Positions 16,826 through 25,880 of a stretch of DNA of 64,000 nucleotides are shown one piece after another. Location of the stretch: positions 582 to 64,581 of IMG/VR virus record IMGVR_UViG_2547132108_000007. One strand, 5' to 3'. Numbering within the stretch: position 1 is the stretch's first letter; the number at the start of each line of letters is the position of its first letter. The notes beneath the pieces are model-generated. The model was not told where the DNA came from. It worked only from the letters and a program-made list of their open reading frames with translations, and ran no database searches. Both the position numbers and the translations under genes were made by a program. This DNA comes from a virus. Taxonomy: Duplodnaviria > Caudoviricetes.

Positions 16826-19042
16826 ATGGCGAAATTGAACGGTGTAACAACGGTAATCCCTGCGCAGGCTGAACGCATTATGTACGACGGTGTCGAGTAC
16901 GTAAAATCCGATGAGGCTCCGGCGGCTGGCGATATTGTCCGGCTGGATGACGCGTACGGGATCGGCTATCTGACGGAAGGCGGTTTCTACGTAGTGGACG
17001 ACGTCGACGGCGTGGGCGATGCGCAGATTACGGATGACGACGGGGACGACTTCGATACGTGCGGCGTAGATTTTACGCTGTTCAAACGGGTGAAGCCCGC
17101 CGCCCAACCGGATATTAAAACCGTCGACGCCACGGACATCGTCGAACACAACGGCGTTAAATACCGCAAAGTGCTGCGCAATGCGGCGAGGGGCGACCGC
17201 TATATCATGGCGCTAACCGACCGCTGGGACATTACGGAGGTTACGAAGGGCCGCGTCTACGCGATTGAGCGTATCGATTCCGACGGCGATCCGCGGTTTT
17301 TAGATAATGCGGGGGACGGACGTTACCTGCCGAAAGGGCTCTATGCCGTACTCGAACCGCTTGAAACGGAAGCGCCGACGTCAGCTCCGACGAAATTACC
17401 TGTCCTCTACGCCGTTCACGACGGCCGCGTTTACGTGAGGGAGGAGCGGAAGGCCCGCGTTGGGGAACTCGTGCTCATTACGAAGCGGCGCTTGCACTTT
17501 ATCCGGGTTGGCGAGATCGTACCGTGCGTAGGTTACGCAACTTTCTCCGCCAAAGCAACGCAATTTGTCGACGGTAGGGGCGTAGACAATACGCAAGGCA
17601 TCGGCCCTGACGAATATTCCGTACTCGTCCCGGCCACGTCGATCCCGCTGGACGGCGTTGAATATGCGATCGAACAACGGAAGGCTACGGTTGGGGAGCG
17701 CGTGTTAGTCGTGAAGCCGCATCTCGCATTCACATACGGGCTTGGCGATATCCGCGAGGTTAAGATCACCGCTGCCAACGGCGTTACTACGACGCAGGTT
17801 GACGATATCCTCCATCAGGAATACGTCGTCCTCACGCCGAAAGCAGCCGTTAAAACAGCGCCACAAACAACACCGAAATATCGCGAAGTGGAGCGTCCGG
17901 CCAACGTCGGCGAGCGTATTCGGATCGTGGCCGCCCACGAGGCACACGGAAAGTACAAAGACGGTGACGAGTTCGTAGCCGAAGAGCGGTCGACCGTCGG
18001 AGGGGTGTACGTAAGCGCAGTGTCTGCGGTCGGTAACCGAAACGGCCTCATTGCTGACGACGAGTATGTCGTTCTTGAGCCGGAAGAGGCAGCGCTCACT
18101 GTCGGGGATCACGCGAAGGTAACGAGGGATATCTACGAATACAAAACGGGCGACATCGTTAAACTGATGTCACTCGTAAGTAGACCGGGGAGTATGTTCG
18201 ACTTTAGTATCAAGAATCTGCGCACGGGAGGAAATGGGTACGTTGCTAGCTCGTTTATTGTCCGCGCCACCGACGAAGAAATCGCGGCAGCCAAGCGTAG
18301 ACAAACGGACAAACAATCGCAGCCGGAACGTCTGAAAGTCGGCGAATATGCCCGCGTTATTGACGACAATCACAGCACCGCGTATAAATCGCATGGAGTC
18401 CCGGTCGGTACGATTGTCAGAGTAACGGGTGTGGCTACGAGCATGCAGCCGTACGAAGCCGTTCCGGTCGACGGAGGAGTTCGTCGTTGGTGCACGGCGA
18501 CGGACCTCGAACGTATTTCGGCCGTTGACGTTGAGAAAGCGCAAGCTGCCGCCGCTCTCAAACAAGCGCTCGAAACGTTTAAGCCCGGCGTAAAAGTCCG
18601 CCTGACTATCGCGGAAGGTGAGCGGCCGAAGCACGGATGGGGCGCCGCCAAGAATGGCGAAGTCGGCACGGTTCGAAACGTAAGAGAATCCGATGGTAAG
18701 GTAACGGTAGATTTCCCTTCTCAATCGCTGTGGAACGCAGCCTTTACGGAGCTGACCGTTCTTACGGACGAGGAAGCAGCAGGATTTGAGCGTGAGAAGC
18801 GTGCAGCAGCGGAAACCGCTAACTGGGCCGCGATCGGACGGAAGGTCGGCGAGTATAAGGTGGGCGATATCGTTGATTGCGTCGGAGCAGCGAAAGGTAA
18901 AACGGGCATCGGCGTAGTGATCAAGGAAGTTGTACCGCTTAGGGAAATACCGCGTAGAGTATCCGACTTGGTTCGGAGTATGCTCGGAACCGGTCGATAC
19001 TATCACGCTTGTAACGCCAGTCGAGCAGCGTTTCGACCGTAA
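16826..19042 (+). CDS. Large protein of repeated SH3/KOW-like modules; probable frameshift near the 3' end
   Basis: Repeated Y-x-x-x-x-RxA-x-VG(E/D) ... EY-x-VL-x-P units; AAGGAG RBS at ATG 16826. Confidence 0.65.
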   Translation: MAKLNGVTTVIPAQAERIMYDGVEYVKSDEAPAAGDIVRLDDAYGIGYLTEGGFYVVDDVDGVGDAQITDDDGDDFDTCGVDFTLFKRVKPAAQPDIKTVDATDIVEHNGVKYRKVLRNAARGDRYIMALTDRWDITEVTKGRVYAIERIDSDGDPRFLDNAGDGRYLPKGLYAVLEPLETEAPTSAPTKLPVLYAVHDGRVYVREERKARVGELVLITKRRLHFIRVGEIVPCVGYATFSAKATQFVDGRGVDNTQGIGPDEYSVLVPATSIPLDGVEYAIEQRKATVGERVLVVKPHLAFTYGLGDIREVKITAANGVTTTQVDDILHQEYVVLTPKAAVKTAPQTTPKYREVERPANVGERIRIVAAHEAHGKYKDGDEFVAEERSTVGGVYVSAVSAVGNRNGLIADDEYVVLEPEEAALTVGDHAKVTRDIYEYKTGDIVKLMSLVSRPGSMFDFSIKNLRTGGNGYVASSFIVRATDEEIAAAKRRQTDKQSQPERLKVGEYARVIDDNHSTAYKSHGVPVGTIVRVTGVATSMQPYEAVPVDGGVRRWCTATDLERISAVDVEKAQAAAALKQALETFKPGVKVRLTIAEGERPKHGWGAAKNGEVGTVRNVRESDGKVTVDFPSQSLWNAAFTELTVLTDEEAAGFEREKRAAAETANWAAIGRKVGEYKVGDIVDCVGAAKGKTGIGVVIKEVVPLREIPRRVSDLVRSMLGTGRYYHACNASRAAFRP

Positions 19043-19074
19043 ACAAGCCGCTTAACAACGGGAGGTGTCGGAAC

Positions 19075-20916
19075 ATAGACGTCAAACTCACACTTAACGT
19101 CCGCAGCCCGAGCGTTGAAACAACCGCTAAAGAGCGCGTAGCCGACGCCGCCAAGCGTAAGGCCGCCGCAACGGAAACGGTCGCGGACGCACTCGAACGG
19201 GTAGGGACGCTTGCTCTCACGGACAAAGAGCGTACGCAATGGCGGGCGGCGTCGGAGGCTTACGGAAGTGGTCGTATTGGTAACGATCACTTCCAGAAAG
19301 AGGCCGGCCGCAAGCTGACGAAGGCGGACGTACTGGCCGTGGGGACGCGGTTATTGCGGGAACAGGCGGCGAATGAACGGGGGGCGCGTATTGCGGAAGT
19401 CCTCCGTTCCAAGCCCGCGAACTACTACATTCTGACGGACGACAGTGACTTGCCCGCGTTTGTGGACCGGTTGAGGGCGGAGTGCGCCCGACAAATGACG
19501 GAGTGGCGGGGGCGGTTCGCCTGCCTCGGCGTCGATACGATGACCGCAGGCGACTTCGAGGGTACCGGCGTTGATACGTACATCGACCTGTCGATCGGCT
19601 TCAGCGTTTGGCTTCCGCTATTGAACGAAGGCTACTACCTGCCGTACGGACACGTTGACGTTCGCAGCGAACCAGGCTTCGAATTCCTGATGGACGATTT
19701 CACGTTCAAGGCGGGCGACAAGCAGCTTACGCGTTCGAGAGTACTGGCGGCGGTTTCCCCGTATCTTTCACGTCCGAACCACGGCAAGACGTTTCATATG
19801 GGCTCAGCGCGCTACGACTTACACGTCGCAATCAAGGACGGATACGAAATCGGCGGCTGCGTTTGGGATACGCTCGACGCCATGCGCCATCTTAACGAGC
19901 ACGAACCATCCTACGGTTTGAAACCGCTCGTCGCGAAATATGGCCGCCTGTTCGGCATTGACGGCCCTGTATATACGTTCGAGGACATGTTCGGCAACGG
20001 ATCGCCGGCTCCGTTTATCGTGGAGCTCGTCGGGATATACGCGATCAAGGACGTTTACTACGGCTGGCGGTTGTTCGAATGGCAGTTTGCGGAGATGGGG
20101 CTCGCTTCTTCCGGTACTAAGCCCGGCCGCCTTCTCGAATGCTATGCGCTAATCGACTCGAAACTACCGGAAACCGACGTATTTATGGCGCGTTGCGGCT
20201 TCGAAATCGATATCGACGGGCTGCGAGCGTTAGGGGCCGAGTTCGTTCCGTTGTTGGAAAAAGCGCGCGCTGACGTGGTCGAGGCGTATGGAATCGACGC
20301 GGAGTTCGTCCGCCGGATGGACCGGTCTCTGCACGCGAAGAAAATAGCGGATTGGGTCGAGGCGCAACGGAAACGACACGCCCGCCGTGACGAAGCCATG
20401 GCGAAACAACGCGCTACTATTGCGGAATGTGAGGCGGCCGGCAAGACAACGCTCAAGAAATACGAACAGGCTCGCGCCCGGCTAGCGGAACTGGAGGCGG
20501 AAATCCTAGCGCCGGCGGACGTCGACCACGCGCCATTATTTACGGAGGAATTTACGATTACGAACGGAAATCACCTCGCGTATCTCATCTACGACCATCT
20601 CGGCATCGAAGACGTGACGCCACGTAGAAAGCGCGGGAAAGTCCGGTCGACGGCCGCCGACGTGCTCGACGTTTATTACGAAGAGGAAGAAGCGCTAAAG
20701 CCGCTGGCGACCGTGGCGGCGTACGAAAAGTTGCTGAATACGTACGTGACGAAAATAGTCGGCTCCGACGGCGTGCCGTCCGCGCTCGAAGTTGATGGAC
20801 GGTTGCATAGCGAGTTCAAGGCCGGGGGCACGGCGACGGGGCGTTACAGTTCGGCGGGGTACAGCGGACGGCCGATCGATATATTGCGTGAATTCGAAAC
20901 GGAGGCGAGCGGATGA
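19075..20916 (+). CDS. polA: Family A DNA polymerase, N-terminal gene (3'-5' exonuclease + thumb), ATA start
   Basis: Exo motifs GDFEGT, ARYDLH, YAIKD; ends after TATGRYSS; GGAGGTG 7 nt before ATA. Confidence 0.85.
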   Translation: MDVKLTLNVRSPSVETTAKERVADAAKRKAAATETVADALERVGTLALTDKERTQWRAASEAYGSGRIGNDHFQKEAGRKLTKADVLAVGTRLLREQAANERGARIAEVLRSKPANYYILTDDSDLPAFVDRLRAECARQMTEWRGRFACLGVDTMTAGDFEGTGVDTYIDLSIGFSVWLPLLNEGYYLPYGHVDVRSEPGFEFLMDDFTFKAGDKQLTRSRVLAAVSPYLSRPNHGKTFHMGSARYDLHVAIKDGYEIGGCVWDTLDAMRHLNEHEPSYGLKPLVAKYGRLFGIDGPVYTFEDMFGNGSPAPFIVELVGIYAIKDVYYGWRLFEWQFAEMGLASSGTKPGRLLECYALIDSKLPETDVFMARCGFEIDIDGLRALGAEFVPLLEKARADVVEAYGIDAEFVRRMDRSLHAKKIADWVEAQRKRHARRDEAMAKQRATIAECEAAGKTTLKKYEQARARLAELEAEILAPADVDHAPLFTEEFTITNGNHLAYLIYDHLGIEDVTPRRKRGKVRSTAADVLDVYYEEEEALKPLATVAAYEKLLNTYVTKIVGSDGVPSALEVDGRLHSEFKAGGTATGRYSSAGYSGRPIDILREFETEASG

Positions 20917-21092
20917 AATGCGATTACAAGGCTTGCGCCGAAAAGGCAACGACTAAAGGATACGTATACGGGCATGAAAAAGGCAGTGAACAGTCGGATC
21001 GTTTAATCCCCGTTAATGCCTGCGATAAGCATAAACATGTTGGCGGGTTCTTTGAGGCCGTTGACGAAAGGAAACGGGCTAACCGTGAGTAA
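20913..21092 (+). CDS. 59-aa C-x4-C...C-x2-H zinc-finger-like microprotein between the polymerase halves
   Basis: ATGA overlap, GGAGG RBS; MKCDYKAC...NACDKH. Confidence 0.6.
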   Translation: MKCDYKACAEKATTKGYVYGHEKGSEQSDRLIPVNACDKHKHVGGFFEAVDERKRANRE

Positions 21093-22212
21093 CCTAGTCG
21101 TAACCGACGCGAACTACCACGCTATTGTCCGCAAGCTCGTTACCGACGAACGTAAGGTCCAACGCGGGGTAAACATGCAGAATTTGCCCGCCAAAGGCGC
21201 CGGCACACGCGTCCGTAATTGCTTCGTTCCCAAACGCGGCTATACGTTCGTCGGCGCCGACCTCGGTCAGATTGAACCGCGGATTATGGCGCACATCATG
21301 TGGACGCGATATGGCGACAACTCCATGCGTCAGATTTTCGTCGACGGCGTTGACTTGTATACGACAATGGCGATGATGACGTTCGGCCTGGCGGAAGCCT
21401 ACTGCGTCGACAAGGCGTGGTATGATCCGAAATCGGGCGAGGGAGGCTACGGCGGTGAGATGCCGTCAACCGCGTACAAACCGCGCGCCATGATGAAAAC
21501 GGGCCAGCTCGCCGTATCGTACGACCAGTCGCCGCGTTCCTTCGCGAAAAAAATGAACGTCAGCGACGATGTAGCCGCGATGTTTTTCGAAAATTTCGAC
21601 CGTACGTTCCCGTCGTTCAAAACGATGGTGGCGGACATACGTGCCGGGATGCGGCGGGATGGTTACGTCGAAACGCTTTACGGGCGGAAACGGCGCTTCC
21701 CTGACTACAAAACGGTGGCTGCAGAACAACAGCGGAATGAAGCGAAATTAATGCGGCTTTACGGAGAGCGGAAGCAGTTGCGGGCGAAAGAGCGGCCGAC
21801 CGACCGCGATATGAAGCGCCTGCAAGCGGTACAGGACGAAATTGATATGCTTGCGGAAAAGCGCGGCCTAATCGGTTACTGGGAGCGTGCGGCTTTTAAT
21901 GCGGTCATACAGGGGACTGGCGCCGACATTCTGAAGATGATCGGTAACCGTAATGCCCGCGTTTGCAAGGAACGCGGATGGGAAATGAACGCGTCAATCC
22001 ACGACGAGATTAAAATCAGCGTTAAGAACGAAGACCTTACGCCGGCCACGATCGAGCTTGTTAACGACATCATGACGCAGACGGCGACGTTAAGTGTGCC
22101 GCTCGTAACCGATATCGTTATCGAACCGCGGTGGATGGAGGAGTACGCGCCGACTGAGTGGGATTACGCGAAATGCCGTCCGCGGCCAGCGTTTGCGAAC
22201 AAGTACGTTTAA
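21085..22212 (+). CDS. polA: Family A DNA polymerase, C-terminal gene (palm/fingers)
   Basis: NMQNLP, motif A ADLGQIEPR, motif B RAMMKT..SY, motif C IHDEI; AAAGGA RBS at GTG 21085. Confidence 0.88.
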   Translation: MSNLVVTDANYHAIVRKLVTDERKVQRGVNMQNLPAKGAGTRVRNCFVPKRGYTFVGADLGQIEPRIMAHIMWTRYGDNSMRQIFVDGVDLYTTMAMMTFGLAEAYCVDKAWYDPKSGEGGYGGEMPSTAYKPRAMMKTGQLAVSYDQSPRSFAKKMNVSDDVAAMFFENFDRTFPSFKTMVADIRAGMRRDGYVETLYGRKRRFPDYKTVAAEQQRNEAKLMRLYGERKQLRAKERPTDRDMKRLQAVQDEIDMLAEKRGLIGYWERAAFNAVIQGTGADILKMIGNRNARVCKERGWEMNASIHDEIKISVKNEDLTPATIELVNDIMTQTATLSVPLVTDIVIEPRWMEEYAPTEWDYAKCRPRPAFANKYV

Positions 22213-22233
22213 ATAGGAAGGGAGACGGTAGAG

Positions 22234-22590
22234 TTGGCGGGATCAACGAAAATCAAAGTCCTAGAGTGTCCGGTGTGTAGGGCGGATAATGACGTTAACC
22301 GGTGCTGGTGCCAACGTTGCAGCTATAAGGACGGTCGCGGAACGGTGTACAAAGAATTCGTCGAGCGCGATAAGATCCGCATTACTGACACATTGAGTAT
22401 CGTCGACTGGTTTACCGGGCGATCGAGCGCGGGCCTTATCGTTGAGGATACGAAGGGGCAGCGCTATGAAATCTACATGTCCGACATATTCCGGCATCTT
22501 GGCGGAAAGTCACTCGGTCGGCTCACGTTAGAGGAAACGAAGAAAGGGACCGCGTACGGCTGGAAAATTATCGATGAGGAGGCCGCTTAA
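22234..22590 (+). CDS. Hypothetical protein with N-terminal zinc ribbon
   Basis: CPVC...CQRC; RBS. Confidence 0.6.
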   Translation: MAGSTKIKVLECPVCRADNDVNRCWCQRCSYKDGRGTVYKEFVERDKIRITDTLSIVDWFTGRSSAGLIVEDTKGQRYEIYMSDIFRHLGGKSLGRLTLEETKKGTAYGWKIIDEEAA

Positions 22591-22950
22591 ATGGACGTTA
22601 TCGAAAAATTACGCGAGTTGTCCACGAAAGTCAACGTATCAAAATATGGCGAGGTCAGCGTAGGTGACGAAAACTGGCGTGCAATCGACGATATCCTTGA
22701 CGTTTATAAACCGGAAGGTTATGAAGTCGACGAAGTTCAAACGGAGTTCGACGAAGGCGGCCGCTGGACGAACGTTGAGACGGTCGTCTACAAGGTAACG
22801 GAAAATAGCGGTGCGGAAGCGTACTTCCGCGTATGGCGCGAGGTGCCCGCGACGGAGATGCAGGATGGCGGCGACTTCACATTCGGAATTCGCGAAGTTG
22901 AGCCGCTCGAAGTCACCGTACTTCAATACGTAGCGAAGGAGGCGGTTTAG
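22591..22950 (+). CDS. Hypothetical protein
   Basis: Operon packing, GGAGG RBS. Confidence 0.6.
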   Translation: MDVIEKLRELSTKVNVSKYGEVSVGDENWRAIDDILDVYKPEGYEVDEVQTEFDEGGRWTNVETVVYKVTENSGAEAYFRVWREVPATEMQDGGDFTFGIREVEPLEVTVLQYVAKEAV

Positions 22951-23601
22951 TTGGCGATTAGTCAAGCGAAGAAACTCGAATTAATCACGAAGCACGGCCG
23001 TAAATTCGCGGCGAAAACTAACGGAGCCACGCCGATATTAGAGGGCGTCCACTACGCCGCGGGCGGTTCTATTATCGCGACGGACAGCTATAAACTACTA
23101 CGAATTGGCGGCGCGCACAACTTCGCGGAGCCTTTTACGTCGCATGTGGTTACTGGCGCTCCGATAGATGGTGTGTACCCGGACATAGCACGAGTAATTC
23201 CGCAAACTTTCGCGTCAGAAATTACGCTCGTCGAAACACATAACCGGGGCGACCTAAAAGACGCTATAGCCCGCGTCAAGCTGGCGGTTGACATTGCGAA
23301 ATTAGCCGGAGATCGGTCGGCTGTGACCACGCTAACCTATGCGTCATCGACCGTAACTCTTTCAGTAGAGAACGCCTACCCGACGTTCAGTTTTTCCGCT
23401 GGAATTAGCGCTGAAATATCGGGGCCGGACGTATCTATTACATTTAACGCGGAATTTTTTCTAGCGGCCTTAAGCGTGTTTAAAGACGCAGGGTCGGCGC
23501 GTGTGACGGTCGGACTTAACAAGCCGGTGGAGCCTATCGTTTTCCGTGACGAAGAGAACGATATCGAGGCGATTGTCTTGCCATATCGGAGGTCGGCGTA
23601 A
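22951..23601 (+). CDS. DNA polymerase III beta-clamp-like protein (shortened)
   Basis: IIATDSYKL, ITFNAEFFLAAL, PIVFR...AIVLPYR resemble DnaN; only 216 aa. Confidence 0.65.
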   Translation: MAISQAKKLELITKHGRKFAAKTNGATPILEGVHYAAGGSIIATDSYKLLRIGGAHNFAEPFTSHVVTGAPIDGVYPDIARVIPQTFASEITLVETHNRGDLKDAIARVKLAVDIAKLAGDRSAVTTLTYASSTVTLSVENAYPTFSFSAGISAEISGPDVSITFNAEFFLAALSVFKDAGSARVTVGLNKPVEPIVFRDEENDIEAIVLPYRRSA

Positions 23602-23602
23602 T

Positions 23603-23785
23603 ATGGAACGGTTGCACACGATGCCCGCGCGCGAAGTTGCTACGTACACATGCCCGGCCTGCCGCCGCAAAATCCGCGTTCTAGCGGACGAATACGGTGA
23701 CCACGGATGCATTTGCGGATGGGCGGGTCCTGGCGAAGACGACCCGGACGTAGACGAAGATGAAACGGAGGGTGACGGCGAATGA
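23603..23785 (+). CDS. Small zinc-ribbon protein
   Basis: CPAC...GCICG; GGAGG RBS. Confidence 0.5.
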   Translation: MERLHTMPAREVATYTCPACRRKIRVLADEYGDHGCICGWAGPGEDDPDVDEDETEGDGE

Positions 23786-24048
23786 AAATCACGGAGACGC
23801 ACGATATCGGAACGGGCTATGACGAGTACAACGGTAAAGGCTCGCTTACAGTAATGGTTGAGGACGACGCCGGCAACCGCAAAAGCGCTGACATATACGC
23901 AGGCGAGCCGGAGGACGCCGTATTCTTCCGCGATTTGAACGGAGCTTACAGCATTGCCGGACTCGTTAAGTTAGCGTACGAAGCCGGCAAGCGCGGTGAG
24001 CCGTACGAGTATGAATTAATTGACGTAAACGCGGAAGACGGCGAATAG
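23782..24048 (+). CDS. Hypothetical protein
   Basis: ATGA overlap. Confidence 0.6.
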   Translation: MKITETHDIGTGYDEYNGKGSLTVMVEDDAGNRKSADIYAGEPEDAVFFRDLNGAYSIAGLVKLAYEAGKRGEPYEYELIDVNAEDGE

Positions 24049-24061
24049 GAGGCGGTTTAAC

Positions 24062-24364
24062 GTGGGCTACTACACGCGCTATGAGATCGAAATCGCGCCG
24101 GATTCGAACGAAGTCCGCCAAGCAATCGAAGACGACGATACGCTGGCGTATGCAATCGGTAGGTGTTCGGACGAGTGTAAGTGGTACGACCATGAGTCGG
24201 ATATGCGCGCATTCTCTGAGCGATTTCCTGACGTTCTGTTTACGCTGAGTGGCGAAGGCGAAGATAATGGCGATTTGTGGCGCAAGTATTTCCGTAACGG
24301 GAAGATGCAGCATTGCCCGGCGCAAATAACGTACGAACCGTTTGACGAATCGAAATTGCGATAG
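24062..24364 (+). CDS. Conserved phage hypothetical protein
   Basis: MGYYT...KWYDHESDM..FSERFPDVLFTLSGEGE pattern. Confidence 0.6.
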   Translation: MGYYTRYEIEIAPDSNEVRQAIEDDDTLAYAIGRCSDECKWYDHESDMRAFSERFPDVLFTLSGEGEDNGDLWRKYFRNGKMQHCPAQITYEPFDESKLR

Positions 24365-24375
24365 GAGGCGTTACT

Positions 24376-25506
24376 ATCTCGAAACTATTCACGCGAATTG
24401 GGGCGTTAGACCGCGGCCAGACGCTTGTCACCGATTTCCTCACGCAAATGGACGCTTACTACGCCTCGCCTAAATCTTCGTTTTATGACAACGGCCTGAC
24501 GCGCAGATTTCTCGAACAAAAATTACGCTATCTCCGCTATGAACCGTACCCGGACGACGGCCTCGTGACGTTCGGGGCGTCTGGCACCGCGCTTTGCGAC
24601 CGGCAGCTCGTATTCAAGAACGACCGCGCGACGAGGGCGGAAAAGTCCGCCGACCTGCCGTTCAGGGGCCGCCAACGCCGCCAAGGGACCGCGATTGTCG
24701 ACTACGTTCAGCTCGACCTTGTTCACGCGCAAAAACGGCTGGGGCGGGCCGCGAAATTTACGATGGCCGAGCGTGAAACACCGTTAGGACCGCCGTTAGC
24801 CTGCGAAACGGTATCGGAATGGGACTTCGAGGACGCAGCGCAAGAACGGCGTATTTTCGAAGCGCCGCATCCGGAAACGGGCGAACTCGTTAAATTCGCT
24901 ATCACCGCGAAGCCCGACGGAAAATTCGTTTACGAACCGGACGGATCGCGTATTCTCTTCGAATATAAAACGAAGGCGTCCGGCCTGCGCGCCATGAATG
25001 GGAAGCTCGATTTCAAGGGCGCCCAAGCGGACCATATCCGCCAAGTTACGGCCGAGGCGCTAGTGTTCGGGCTCGACGAAGCGCTGATCGTATACGAATC
25101 AACGCAAAAGCCCGCGTGGTTTTCGGACGAAGAGAACGCCTCGGTTACGAAGGGGCAAAAAACGTGGGCTGACGGTCGGCCGCGCCCGGACCTCCGCGCT
25201 TTCTACGTGAAAATCACGGACGAGATGAAATCATCGTTGTTAGCGGACCTTGCGCGCCAGGCTGCGCTAGTGTACGAACAGCGGGGAGGCGGTGAAGCGC
25301 CAGCCGTGACCGTAGAAATGACGGGTTCCTGCGGCTTCTGTCAATTCCGCGATCACTGCGCCTATACGGTGACTGACGCCAATTATGAGCAGCTTAAACG
25401 AATTGAGGGCGCGATGGCGGCGTCGCAAATGGCGGGCAAGGCGGAACACCGGCGGTTAGTGGCGTTCTTGGGCGGAGTGGAGACGAAAAGAACGGAGGCG
25501 GTGTGA
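24376..25506 (+). CDS. Cas4/RecB-like PD-(D/E)XK nuclease with Fe-S cysteines, probable ATC start
   Basis: KPDG...EYKTK; N-terminal C plus CGFCQFRDHC; GGAGG 7 nt before in-frame ATC, no RBS at ATG 24448. Confidence 0.7.
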   Translation: MSKLFTRIGALDRGQTLVTDFLTQMDAYYASPKSSFYDNGLTRRFLEQKLRYLRYEPYPDDGLVTFGASGTALCDRQLVFKNDRATRAEKSADLPFRGRQRRQGTAIVDYVQLDLVHAQKRLGRAAKFTMAERETPLGPPLACETVSEWDFEDAAQERRIFEAPHPETGELVKFAITAKPDGKFVYEPDGSRILFEYKTKASGLRAMNGKLDFKGAQADHIRQVTAEALVFGLDEALIVYESTQKPAWFSDEENASVTKGQKTWADGRPRPDLRAFYVKITDEMKSSLLADLARQAALVYEQRGGGEAPAVTVEMTGSCGFCQFRDHCAYTVTDANYEQLKRIEGAMAASQMAGKAEHRRLVAFLGGVETKRTEAV

Positions 25507-25509
25507 GCA

Positions 25510-25623
25510 ATGTTCGGCCCCGAACTACTTGGCTGGGCGATAAAAGAAGCGCTATTTCACGTTTGGCGGGAGCGCGCAATATTCATTATTGGCTTTCTGA
25601 CCGCTTACTTTATATGGAGGTGA
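25510..25623 (+). CDS. 37-aa membrane microprotein
   Basis: GGAGG RBS; hydrophobic C-terminal half. Confidence 0.45.
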   Translation: MFGPELLGWAIKEALFHVWRERAIFIIGFLTAYFIWR

Positions 25624-25631
25624 CGGCGTAA

Positions 25632-25880
25632 ATGAACGAACAACTCCTGCGTGAATTCGTGTTGATTACCGGGCTCGGCGACTTCTTAAGCGCCGATAAC
25701 GTTACCGAAATCGAAGGCGCAGTTACTCCGGACGAATTTTCGCGCCTACAAGCGATTGTCGACACCATTCCGGAAACGGACGAGGTGGAAGCCGAAGTCA
25801 TTGCGCTCGCTCGGCGGATGGTACGCGAATCTGTCGAACGTTTACTCGCGTTGGAGGTGACGAACCATAGCGTCAACTAA
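25632..25880 (+). CDS. Hypothetical protein
   Basis: GGAGGTG RBS. Confidence 0.6.
   Translation: MNEQLLREFVLITGLGDFLSADNVTEIEGAVTPDEFSRLQAIVDTIPETDEVEAEVIALARRMVRESVERLLALEVTNHSVN

Noticed and set aside
18170-19006. Long antisense ORFs (this one, 46034-46678, 48500-49078, 49357-49965, 56256-56828 and similar)
   Set aside because: Shadow ORFs opposite well-supported genes in moderately GC-rich DNA; no RBS or recognisable motifs
20916-21085. Group I intron or intein interrupting polA
   Set aside because: The gap is fully occupied by an RBS-bearing ORF, the second half has its own RBS, and I could not see group I core helices or intein terminal motifs; RT-PCR would be decisive
24376-25506. 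CRISPR-Cas or anti-CRISPR locus suggested by the Cas4-like nuclease
   Set aside because: Solo Cas4/RecB-like nucleases are common in phage recombination modules; no other cas genes or arrays
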